A DNA stretch of 64,000 nucleotides, taken from NCBI RefSeq assembly GCF_900292045.1, contig NZ_OLMS01000003.1:189570-253569 (forward strand), in the 5' to 3' direction. The notes beneath the pieces are model-generated. The model saw only the letters and a list, made by a program, of their open reading frames with translations, ran no database searches and had not been told where the DNA came from. Positions 37,093-45,983 of this stretch are shown here, piece after piece (the first letter of the stretch is position 1; each line of letters starts with the position of its first letter). The translations under genes and the position numbers were made by a program. This DNA comes from Parabacteroides pacaensis (GTDB lineage Bacteria; Bacteroidota; Bacteroidia; Bacteroidales; Tannerellaceae).

Positions 37093-38526
37093 ATGAAAAC
37101 GAAATTATTCCTTTGCTTGCTTCTGTTAGATTGGTTTTCGATAGGGGCATATAGTCAGGTTACTTCTTTGCAAGATTTGGTATACAAGAAAAAATATGCA
37201 GAAGTAATCCGTCTTTCTCAAAACTTTACAGCCGCAGATTCGGCAAATTACGATACTATGTTTGCGCTTGCGCAGGCTTATGAAGGATTATTGAAAAACA
37301 AAGAAGCGTACCGTTATTACCAATATTGCTTAAAGAAAGATAGCACGGACATTGATCTCTTAAATGCTATGGGACGAACGGCCGGTTCCTTGGGACAGGT
37401 GAGTAAGGCATTGGCTTGCTTTCAAAAAGTGTTGCAAGCAGATTCTACCGACTTTTATGCGAATTATCAAATGGCTCGCCTCTATATGCAACAAGGTGAT
37501 TATGATGCCGCTATTTACAATTTTGCCTATTTATTGCAATTTGATGAAGAAAATCCGTCCTTATGGAAAAATTTAGGTGATTGTTATGCCATGAATCCGA
37601 TGGGAATAGAGGGAATGATTATGTCTTATCAAAAAGCGTTTAGCTTGAATCCGGAAAATGCTATTTTCGGACATTTGCTGGTTAATACTTTACTTCCCTT
37701 AGGAAAAGATCTGCTGCCGCAGGCTTTGCAAGTATGCGATACGGCTCTTTTTTATAATCCGGATCATAAAATATTATTACGGGACAAAGCGGTGGCTTTA
37801 TATATGAATCGTAATTATCTGCAAGCGGATAGCCTGTTTACTCTTTTATTAGGCAGGGAAGATTCGTCTTATATCAATTTAAAATATGGTGGGGCAGCCC
37901 GTTTTAAAGGTGGTTTATATATGGATGCTATCGGGTTATTGGAAAGGGCACTCGAATTGGATACGACTTCGGTAGAGGTAAATATTTTATTAGGTGCAAC
38001 TTTAGGGAAGACTTACGACCGGAAAAAGGCTTATGAATTGTTCGATAAAGCAGAATATTACATGCAGCCTTCCAAAGATTTAACATTTCAACTGGCTTTG
38101 TACCGGGCTGAAGTGAACCTAAAAGACGGGAACCCCGTAGAAGCAAATAAATTTTATGACCACGCTTATAAAATAAATCCCCAAAGATTGGATGTTTTAC
38201 AAAAAATGGCCATGTTGTTTTATGGCCGTGGAAGGGCAGAAAAATATGAGGATGAAACGGAAAAACAGAGAGGGTTATATAATGTGGTTACTTTCATCAA
38301 AGCTTGTTTATCCAAAGAAGAGATAGAACCTAAATTTATAGCCTATTATAAACCTTATCTTAATTCGTTTTTGGAAGAGATGTTCTTTAAAAATGAAAAT
38401 AAATCGCCGTTGTTGTCACCGGACGGAAAGAAATCTTACATTACAAAAGAAGAATTACGGTCTTTAGTAGAAAAAATCCCGGAACCGGAAGAAAGAAAAG
38501 ATGGGCTTTATTATATTAGCGAATAA
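37093..38526 (+). CDS. Secreted tetratricopeptide-repeat protein
   Basis: It has a signal peptide and multiple TPR-like helical pairs (AxxYYQYCLKKD..., ALACFQKVLQAD...). Confidence 0.7.
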   Translation: MKTKLFLCLLLLDWFSIGAYSQVTSLQDLVYKKKYAEVIRLSQNFTAADSANYDTMFALAQAYEGLLKNKEAYRYYQYCLKKDSTDIDLLNAMGRTAGSLGQVSKALACFQKVLQADSTDFYANYQMARLYMQQGDYDAAIYNFAYLLQFDEENPSLWKNLGDCYAMNPMGIEGMIMSYQKAFSLNPENAIFGHLLVNTLLPLGKDLLPQALQVCDTALFYNPDHKILLRDKAVALYMNRNYLQADSLFTLLLGREDSSYINLKYGGAARFKGGLYMDAIGLLERALELDTTSVEVNILLGATLGKTYDRKKAYELFDKAEYYMQPSKDLTFQLALYRAEVNLKDGNPVEANKFYDHAYKINPQRLDVLQKMAMLFYGRGRAEKYEDETEKQRGLYNVVTFIKACLSKEEIEPKFIAYYKPYLNSFLEEMFFKNENKSPLLSPDGKKSYITKEELRSLVEKIPEPEERKDGLYYISE

Positions 38527-38689
38527 GAGCCGGTGCGTAAGGTTGGGAATTTAGTTAGATGTCCCAATATAATTCAAAGAAGGGGAAGGAATCCAATGGA
38601 AAGTATACAGTTTTGACAATAGGTTAAAAGATGAAGGTTTCCGTGAGAGGAAAGATATGTGGTAAGTAGACAGAACTATTTGTACTTGC

Positions 38690-38870
38690 CGGTCACCATA
38701 TTGTGAGGGAGGTAGGGAGATTACTGTGTGGATAGTAGGGAGAATACTGTGTTACCTGTCCCTACACAGTATTCTCCCTACCTCTTACACAGTATTCTCG
38801 CTATCTGTTACACAGTAATCTGACTACCTCTTACACAATATTGTCTCCTATTCATATACAATAATCTTTT
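38690..38870. repeat. Array of ~23-nt imperfect repeats (consensus ACACAGTAWTCTCCCTACCTCTT) with a leading block of inverted units
   Basis: The stretch GGGAGATTACTGTGT...GGGAGAATACTGTGT (TACCTGTCCCT) ACACAGTATTCTCCCTACCTCTTACACAGTATTCTCGCTATCTGTTACACAGTAATCTGACTACCTCTTACACAATATTG is readable directly. A second array lies at 63570-63740. Confidence 0.65.
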
Positions 38871-38889
38871 TTCATAAAAGCTACCATTC

Positions 38890-39010
38890 GTCCACCTCTG
38901 TCATCCCGCGCTTGACGCGGGATCTCCGATCAACCAAAGGCGGCTTGTGGGGATGGGAGATGGCGGACCGTCGTCTGCCATGACAGAGGTGGGCAAATGG
39001 GCTCTTTGGA
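38890..39010. repeat. Copy of the composite hairpin repeat (CCACCTCTGTCATCCCGCGCTTGACGCGGGATCTCC ... GGGAGATGGCGGACCGTCGTCTGCCATGACAGAGGTGGGCAAATGGGCTC)
   Basis: Two GC-rich hairpins are present (TCCCGCG/CGCGGGA and ATGGCGG/CTGCCAT). Both are shared with the loci at 55560-55640 and 61555-61660. Confidence 0.65.
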
Positions 39011-39057
39011 CAGATTTGTCATTGTTATTTTGTTTGCCTTTTCAACGGAATGGGTAC

Positions 39058-40497
39058 TCAGCAAGGTGTTTTTTCCTCATTTTCATGAGTTCCTTCTTCT
39101 TTTTTTACTTCGGGTCCTTTGAGGTAAGAGGGGAGGTTCATTCCCGCCATATGGAATAAATCATTTAACGGAGGAACTGATTTCATCATGCCGGAAATAA
39201 AGTTAGCCGTAGAAGTGTTTCCATTGCCGTTTGCGTTACCGTCCCAGACAGTCACTTTGTCTATCTTGATATTCTTTACGGCTTCTACTTGTGTTTTAAC
39301 CAATTCCGGTAATTTATCCGTAATCAACATCATGACAGCTTTATCCGGATCACCCGCAGCCGCTTTCACGATACGATCATATCCTTCGGCTTGTTTGGTT
39401 AATACCTCATACATACCTTGGGCTTCGGCAGCCATTTTAGCATAGATAGCATCTGCTTCCCCTTTTGCTTTCCGACGAATGCGTTCCGCTTCCGCTTCCG
39501 CGTCGATAATCGCCTTTTCCTTTTCAATCTGGGCAGGAACTATGATATTTGCCTGTTGGGTTGCCTTTTCTCTTTCCGCACGGGCAATCTCCGCTTCTTT
39601 TTCAGCAGTGTAGGCTTCTTCCAGAGCTTTTGCCGATTGTACCTTCTCTGCAGCGGTAGCCCTACGGGCAGCTTCGGCTTCTCTTTCACGACGAATGGCA
39701 TCGGAATCAGCAATAGAAATTTTAGCATTGTTTTCCCCTTCGATAGCTGTAGCGTTTGCTTCCGAAGTACGGATACGGGTATCGCGGACAGTTTCTGCAA
39801 TCCGGATATCTTTATCCCGGTCGGCTTCGGCTTTACCGATTTCACCAAACCGGTTCTGTTCAGCTACGCTCTTTTTGGCATCATTAATTGCTTTGGCTGC
39901 CGCTTCTTTACCTAATGCTTCGATATAGCCGGACTCATCGCGAAGGTCGGTTACATTGACGTTGATAAGTTTCAAGCCGATCTTACGAAGTTCTGCTTCT
40001 ACGTTGGCACTTACATTTGCAAGGAACTTATCGCGGTCGGAATTGATTTCTTCAATATCCATTGTGGCGATTACCAGACGGAGTTGCCCGAAAAGGATAT
40101 CGGTTGCCAGGTTTTGGATATTTTCTTTGCGTTGACCTAATAAACGCTCGGCAGCGTTTGTCATGCTGTCCGCTTCCGTAGAAATACCTACGGTGAAACG
40201 ACAAGGTACATCGACCCGGATATTTTGTTTACTTAGTGCATTCGTCAAATTACACTCGATAGATAAAGGAGTTAAATCCAGGAAAGCATAACTTTGGAAT
40301 ACAGGCCAGATAAAAGCGGCCCCTCCGTGGATACAACGGGCAGAGCTAACTCCACCTTCTTTGTTTTTTCCCGTACGTCCGTATACAACCAATATTTTGT
40401 CGGACGGACAACGTTTGTAACGTGACAAGATAGCAGCAAAAGAAATGAAAAGGACTGCTACTATCACAACGATAAGGTATAAACCAGGTGCAATCAT
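39058..40497 (-). CDS. Flotillin-like SPFH/band-7 protein (YqiK-like)
   Basis: The 479-aa protein has an N-terminal TM segment, an SPFH domain and a long Ala/Glu-rich coiled-coil (AEAERIRRKAKGEADAIYAKMAAEAQ). Confidence 0.85.
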   Translation of the reverse strand: MIAPGLYLIVVIVAVLFISFAAILSRYKRCPSDKILVVYGRTGKNKEGGVSSARCIHGGAAFIWPVFQSYAFLDLTPLSIECNLTNALSKQNIRVDVPCRFTVGISTEADSMTNAAERLLGQRKENIQNLATDILFGQLRLVIATMDIEEINSDRDKFLANVSANVEAELRKIGLKLINVNVTDLRDESGYIEALGKEAAAKAINDAKKSVAEQNRFGEIGKAEADRDKDIRIAETVRDTRIRTSEANATAIEGENNAKISIADSDAIRREREAEAARRATAAEKVQSAKALEEAYTAEKEAEIARAEREKATQQANIIVPAQIEKEKAIIDAEAEAERIRRKAKGEADAIYAKMAAEAQGMYEVLTKQAEGYDRIVKAAAGDPDKAVMMLITDKLPELVKTQVEAVKNIKIDKVTVWDGNANGNGNTSTANFISGMMKSVPPLNDLFHMAGMNLPSYLKGPEVKKEEGTHENEEKTPC

Positions 40498-40528
40498 AAA
40501 GTTTAAAGTGTTAGTTTGTAAATAATAA

Positions 40529-41107
40529 TTATTGTTTTTCTACTAATAACGTATTTTCATTCAGGGCCTCTTTCACGCGGATGGGAGTGCCGTTCGCCAG
40601 TTTGTCGCCGTCTGTTACGGCATTATATTCCCTTATTGCACCTTGGATGGAGATTTGTACTTTACCTTCGCCCTGCCGTTTGCCGGGTATCGTGAGGTAA
40701 ACGGTTCCTTTGCATCCCGTTGCTGTTTGTATTCGGATATTCCCGGATTGTTCCATCCCACTTAGCCATTTGAAGATGTACATTACTGCCGTTACTAACA
40801 AGATACCTACTATTGCAGCGATAAGAAGTAACAGGAATGTATTGTTTACGGACGAACGCAACGCAATGGCTGTCCATCCGAAGCCTAGAAAGAAGTTTAT
40901 AAAATTACGGAAGGTAAACAATTGGAACGGGTGAGAAGAGTCCGGCGGGGTATCCGTGTCGAAATCGACATCTGTTCCTATGTCTATATCGGAATCCATG
41001 CCAACGAAGGTCATGATTGTTTCCACGATAAATACCAAGCTGGCAAAGATTGTGATTCCCCATAGGGATTTCATAAATAAATCGAGAGTAGACCACCATT
41101 CTTGCAT
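40529..41107 (-). CDS. NfeD-like (YqiJ-like) membrane protein partner of flotillin
   Basis: The 192-aa protein has TM helices and a C-terminal OB-fold-like beta region. It sits immediately upstream of flotillin on the same strand. Confidence 0.65.
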   Translation of the reverse strand: MQEWWSTLDLFMKSLWGITIFASLVFIVETIMTFVGMDSDIDIGTDVDFDTDTPPDSSHPFQLFTFRNFINFFLGFGWTAIALRSSVNNTFLLLLIAAIVGILLVTAVMYIFKWLSGMEQSGNIRIQTATGCKGTVYLTIPGKRQGEGKVQISIQGAIREYNAVTDGDKLANGTPIRVKEALNENTLLVEKQ

Positions 41108-41245
41108 TATGTTTCTTATTTTAAGGGTATATATTGTTTTTCATGTTAATACCCGTAAAGATAAGAATTAAAAGTGAGACAAAGAAAAGCTTTGTGATAG
41201 AATTATAAGGTAAAGTAAGAAAAAGGTTATCCGGTTCATCTTTAC

Positions 41246-41282
41246 AAAAAAACGTGCAAACCCTTTTAACAAGGTTTGCACG
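41246..41282 (-). terminator. Intrinsic terminator downstream of higA
   Basis: The stem CGTGCAAACC/GGTTTGCACG has an A7 run on its plus-strand 5' side, which is a T-run on the minus strand. Confidence 0.5.
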
Positions 41283-41310
41283 CTTTGGTTGTGATGATAC
41301 TAAAAGTTTT

Positions 41311-41655
41311 TTACAATACTGCTGAAAGTTTCCGGATGTTGGCAAGCCTTTCGAGGAAAGACTTATCCGACTTGGCTACTTGCATATCATACTGAGCTTG
41401 TAGGCGAATCCAAATCTCTGCGTCAATACCGAGTGCTGCTTCAAATAAAAGAGCATATTGTGTCGAAACGGCACGTTTGCCGTTCAGTATTTCATTGAGC
41501 AATGTCGGAGAAATACCCATCTGCGCAGCCAATTTTCTTTGCGACAGTCCACGGTATTCAATTTCATCCTTTATCATTTCGCCCGGATGAGTCGGCTCAA
41601 ACGGAGTGAGGTTGTTGGCAATCATCCTTGGGTCAACACCTTTTATTGTAATCAT
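41311..41655 (-). CDS. higA: HigA-family antitoxin (XRE HTH)
   Basis: The HTH is present (GLSQRKLAAQMGISPTLLNEILNGKRAVS). The tracked ORF runs to 41700. The start at 41655 avoids overlap with the toxin gene. Confidence 0.7.
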   Translation of the reverse strand: MITIKGVDPRMIANNLTPFEPTHPGEMIKDEIEYRGLSQRKLAAQMGISPTLLNEILNGKRAVSTQYALLFEAALGIDAEIWIRLQAQYDMQVAKSDKSFLERLANIRKLSAVL

Positions 41656-41663
41656 AATGGCTT

Positions 41664-41981
41664 TTATTTGTAATGGTTCGACAAATCTATTATATTGCAT
41701 ACGGTAATAACCGGTTCGTCCATCGTTTCCCTCACTGTGAACTCTAATCGGTATTTGTCGTTCACTCGTATGGATGAAATACCTTTCTTGTCACCTTTCA
41801 ATGCTTCGTAATTCAGTGAATTAATCTGCATGAGTTTTTCTATATTTTGTGTATTCAAAAGTGTATCAATACATCTTTTGTAACGTTTTACGATGTCAGG
41901 CTGGTAACAGTGCTTCTTGTCGCTCGTTTTTCCCTTCTCGTAAAGGTCTTGTAGGTATGTCTCTTCGAAGGCAACAAACAT
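41664..41981 (-). CDS. higB: HigB-like RelE/ParE-superfamily toxin (plasmid maintenance system killer)
   Basis: The 105-aa protein precedes higA in the toxin-then-antitoxin order. A HigB-like C-terminal motif is present (YRLEFTVRETMDEPVITVCNIIDLSNHY). Confidence 0.65.
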   Translation of the reverse strand: MFVAFEETYLQDLYEKGKTSDKKHCYQPDIVKRYKRCIDTLLNTQNIEKLMQINSLNYEALKGDKKGISSIRVNDKYRLEFTVRETMDEPVITVCNIIDLSNHYK

Positions 41982-42240
41982 ATTTATTATCGTATTATGT
42001 TACAAAGATAATGCTTTTACCGATGTTCACAATAGTGTGAACGTTTTTATAACTTTCCAGTCGTTAAAGTGTGTAAAACAATGACAGTAGGAATTGAAAG
42101 ATAATCTCATTTTGTTATGGAAGGTAAGGTAGAGAACCTGCTACTATATCTTTATAAATAATTAACCTTTAAAATTTGGTGAGGTAATTAGGGATTATAT
42201 ACATTTGCGAACCTACTTAATCGGTTTAATAGCTGTATTT

Positions 42241-43254
42241 ATGAGAACATCCTTGAAAGACATAGCAGAAAAATTGAACCTGTCTAAAGCAACTATTTCA
42301 TGGACCCTTTCAGGAAAGGGAGATGAAAAAGGCATAAGTATGGCTACCCAAGAAAAAGTATTTCAATGCGCTAAGGAACTGAATTACCAACCTAATTTAT
42401 TAGCCAGGAGTTTACATAGCGGATATTCCAAAACAATTGGTTTGATTATTCCGGACATCACGGATTCTTTTTATTCTAAGATTGCCTGTGTGATAGAAAA
42501 AGAAGCAGATGCCAGAGGCTATTCGGTGATGATAGGTAACTCGGAATCCAGGATTGACAAAGAAAACAAATTGATCCATCTTTTAAAAGCCAAGCAAGTA
42601 GACGGCATCATATTAGCTCCTACTAAAGTTTCTAAAAGTGAAATCCAAACATTAGTAGACGAGTCTTTTCCTTTAGTCTTGTTCGACCGTTATTTCCCCC
42701 AGATAAACACGAATTATGTAATTATTGACAATGAAGAAAGCAGTTACCAATTAGTACATAAAATGATCAGGAACGGAGCCCGTAAAATTGCCATAATTAC
42801 TACCAACTCGTATCTGCGAACCATGAATATGAGGCGGGAAGGCTATGCCCGGGCATTGATGGAAATGGACCTTCCTGTGGAGCCCGAACTCTACGGAGAA
42901 GTTCCTTTTGTAGATTATGAGCATGGCATCGATAAAATATTAGATCGTATCTTCGCAGAAGTCCCGGATGTGGATGCGTTTTTCTTTACCACTCATATAT
43001 TGGCCATTGAAGCTTTCCGGTATTTTTATGACAAAGGGATCGATGTCAAGAAATATGAGTTAGCTTGCATACACAGTATATCTTCTTTTCGGGCATTAGC
43101 ACCTAACATTAATATTGCGTTCATGCCTATTGATGAAATCGGAGAGAATACAGTGAGAATTTTATTGAAGTCTATAGAACACAGGCAAAAGAACCCAAGA
43201 GAAACACAAAAAGTAGAATCAGTTCTTTTACACTGTACTATTTCAACTCCTTAA
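42241..43254 (+). CDS. LacI-family transcriptional regulator
   Basis: It has an N-terminal HTH (SLKDIAEKLNLSKATISWTLSG) and a periplasmic-binding-protein-like sugar domain. It heads a glycoside hydrolase cluster. Confidence 0.85.
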   Translation: MRTSLKDIAEKLNLSKATISWTLSGKGDEKGISMATQEKVFQCAKELNYQPNLLARSLHSGYSKTIGLIIPDITDSFYSKIACVIEKEADARGYSVMIGNSESRIDKENKLIHLLKAKQVDGIILAPTKVSKSEIQTLVDESFPLVLFDRYFPQINTNYVIIDNEESSYQLVHKMIRNGARKIAIITTNSYLRTMNMRREGYARALMEMDLPVEPELYGEVPFVDYEHGIDKILDRIFAEVPDVDAFFFTTHILAIEAFRYFYDKGIDVKKYELACIHSISSFRALAPNINIAFMPIDEIGENTVRILLKSIEHRQKNPRETQKVESVLLHCTISTP

Positions 43255-43305
43255 TATTTTTTTCTTTCTATACTTAATCGGTTAAGTCTTTTAATAAATC
43301 ATACA

Positions 43306-45957
43306 ATGAAAAACAGGAAATACGAAATTTACATCAGATTAGCTCTGGGAATCTTACTGCTTACAGCATGCAAAAAGGATAAAGTAGAAGTATCCGGGAT
43401 GTACTGCGAGTATTTGAGGGCTCCTATTTGTATTGACACCCCGCACCCACGGTTTGTATGGAATTATTCTTCCGAAGCCAATGATTTTGAACAGGGAGAA
43501 TATAGTTTGAGTATTTCTACGGATAAGCAACTCTTAACGAAACACCCAGGTAATAACAAGGAATTTTGGTGGAATTCAGGTAATATACAATCCGGAGAAT
43601 CTATCGGGAAATATACCGGACAAGAAAAATTATTATCCCATACTAAATATTATTGGCAGGTCACCACCTCTGATAAAAATAACAAATACACGATAGTTTC
43701 CCCCATAGATAGCTTTGAAACAGCCATACTGACCCCGGATGAATGGAAAGGCGTTTGGATTACAGACCGTCACGACAAAGATTTCACCCCGGCTCCCATG
43801 TTACGTAAATCTTTTGTTGTGAAAGATAATCCGATCCGGCAAGCTAAATTATTCCTCAGTGCTGCGGCATATTGTAAAATGAATATGAACGGTACTCCCG
43901 TCTCTGCATCCGTACTGAATCCAGGGTATACACATTACGATAAGAGAAGCTTATATAGTGTATTTGACGTTACGTCCTTGCTGCAACCTGGGGAAAATGT
44001 ACTTTCGGCTGTATTGGGAAACGGCTTTTATAACGAGATTGCTCCTGTGGCGACTTGGGACTTTGAAAAAGCCCGCTGGCGTAACCGGGCACGGATGATT
44101 TGCGAATTGCACCTTCAATATATCGATGGTACTTCTCAGGTTATCACCTCGGATGCTTCCTGGAAGACAACAACCGGCCCATACCTGCAAAACAATATTT
44201 ATAGCGGAGATCTGTACGATGCCCGCTTGGAAATAGAAGGATGGGAACAAGCCGGCTTTAACGATTCTGGTTGGGAGAATGCCGTACAGGTCGAAGCTCC
44301 TTCCCCTTTGTTAGTGGCTCAAACAATGCCATCTATCGAGGTGGAACGTGAAATAAGCGCAGCTTCGATGAAAAACTTCGGAGATACTCTCTACGTCTAT
44401 GATTTCGGTGTGAACATGTCAGGATTCTGTCGTCTTTCCATCCGCGGTGAAAAAGGAACAAAAGTAACCTTAAGGCATGCCGAAATACAGAAAGCCGACG
44501 GAAATATTGAAATGGGAAACATCGACATATATTATAAACCTCTACCTGACCTGGCGTTTCAGACGGATACTTATATCCTGAACGGAGGAGAAGAGGAATT
44601 TACCCCTCATTTTACTTATCACGGATTCCGATATGTAGAAGTAAAAGCCGACCGCCCGGTGAAGTTATCCAAGGAAAGTTTGAAAGCCCTGTTTATCCAT
44701 ACCGCAGTAGAACCGGTCGGTCGGTTTAGCTGTTCTAATGAGCTGTTGAACAAAATCCGGAAAGCGACAAACCAATCCTATTTATCTAACCTGATGAGTA
44801 TTCCGACGGATTGTCCCCAACGGGAAAAGAACGGTTGGACGGCAGATGCCCATATCTGTATGGATTTAGGATTACTCAATTATGACGGCATTACATTTTA
44901 CGAAAAATGGATCAACGACTTCGTAGACAATCAAACTGCCGAAGGCCGGATTTCCGGTATTATTCCCAGTTCGGGCTGGGGATACGACGACTGGATAGGT
45001 CCCGTATGGGATGCCGCTATGTTTATTATCCCCATGGCTCTTTATCATTATTACGGCGATACCAAAAGTATGGAAACCATCTGGCCGGTATGCGAAAAGT
45101 ATCTGGCTTATCTGGCTTCCAGGGAGGATGCAGACGGGACGGTGACGTATGGGATCGGCGACTGGGTATTCTACGATACGCAAACCCCCACAGATTATAC
45201 CACCACTTGCTACTATTATCTGGATAATTTATACATGTCCCGATTTGCCCGTTTAATAGGAAAGGAAGGCTCTGCTTATGCCCGGAAAGCGGAAAAGCTG
45301 AAAACATTCATCAATACCCGGTACTTCAATGCGGAAAAGGGACTATATGCCAATGGTTCGCAGGCTGCACAAGGAGTCGCTTTATATCTGGGAATCGTCC
45401 CACCGGAATATGAACAAAAGGTAGCCGACAACTTAAGCCTGCTAGTGAAAAAGAATCAGAACCGGCTGGATTTCGGCATGTTAGGAAGCAAAACAGTATT
45501 GCGCATGCTCACTAAATACGGCTATGCAGACCAAGCCTATGAACTGGCAACCGGGGAAGAATCGCCTTCGTGGGGAAATTGGATCAAGAAGGGATTGACC
45601 ACCTTAGCAGAAACCTGGAAGCTTTCCCACACGTTTAAAGATGCCTCGTTGAACCATGTCTTTCTGGGAGATATCGATGCCTGGATGTATAACGCCCTTG
45701 CGGGAATCAACTACGATGAACAGCAGCCTGGATTTAAGCATATCCTGATTCAGCCTCATTTCGTGAAGGACCTGGATTGGGTAAAAGCCGAATACCGTTC
45801 TATAAAAGGACTGATACGCTCCGAGTGGAAACGTTCGGGAAATGAGATTCTCATGAACCTGACAATTCCAGTAAATACGACAGCTACCGTGACAGTAGGC
45901 AAGGAAGAAATCGAATTGCCGGCAGGCGAACATTCATTGAAATTCTTAGATGAGTGA
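43306..45957 (+). CDS. Glycoside hydrolase family 78 alpha-L-rhamnosidase
   Basis: The 883-aa protein has a lipoprotein-like signal. GH78 signatures are present (DCPQREKNGWTADAH), with a six-hairpin catalytic domain. Confidence 0.85.
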   Translation: MKNRKYEIYIRLALGILLLTACKKDKVEVSGMYCEYLRAPICIDTPHPRFVWNYSSEANDFEQGEYSLSISTDKQLLTKHPGNNKEFWWNSGNIQSGESIGKYTGQEKLLSHTKYYWQVTTSDKNNKYTIVSPIDSFETAILTPDEWKGVWITDRHDKDFTPAPMLRKSFVVKDNPIRQAKLFLSAAAYCKMNMNGTPVSASVLNPGYTHYDKRSLYSVFDVTSLLQPGENVLSAVLGNGFYNEIAPVATWDFEKARWRNRARMICELHLQYIDGTSQVITSDASWKTTTGPYLQNNIYSGDLYDARLEIEGWEQAGFNDSGWENAVQVEAPSPLLVAQTMPSIEVEREISAASMKNFGDTLYVYDFGVNMSGFCRLSIRGEKGTKVTLRHAEIQKADGNIEMGNIDIYYKPLPDLAFQTDTYILNGGEEEFTPHFTYHGFRYVEVKADRPVKLSKESLKALFIHTAVEPVGRFSCSNELLNKIRKATNQSYLSNLMSIPTDCPQREKNGWTADAHICMDLGLLNYDGITFYEKWINDFVDNQTAEGRISGIIPSSGWGYDDWIGPVWDAAMFIIPMALYHYYGDTKSMETIWPVCEKYLAYLASREDADGTVTYGIGDWVFYDTQTPTDYTTTCYYYLDNLYMSRFARLIGKEGSAYARKAEKLKTFINTRYFNAEKGLYANGSQAAQGVALYLGIVPPEYEQKVADNLSLLVKKNQNRLDFGMLGSKTVLRMLTKYGYADQAYELATGEESPSWGNWIKKGLTTLAETWKLSHTFKDASLNHVFLGDIDAWMYNALAGINYDEQQPGFKHILIQPHFVKDLDWVKAEYRSIKGLIRSEWKRSGNEILMNLTIPVNTTATVTVGKEEIELPAGEHSLKFLDE

Positions 45958-45983
45958 AATAATAAAAATAAAAAGGAGGTGAC

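Noticed and set aside
38690-38870. CRISPR array
   Set aside because: The units are about 23 nt and directly abutting, with no unique spacers. Part of the array is in inverted orientation. No cas genes are present.
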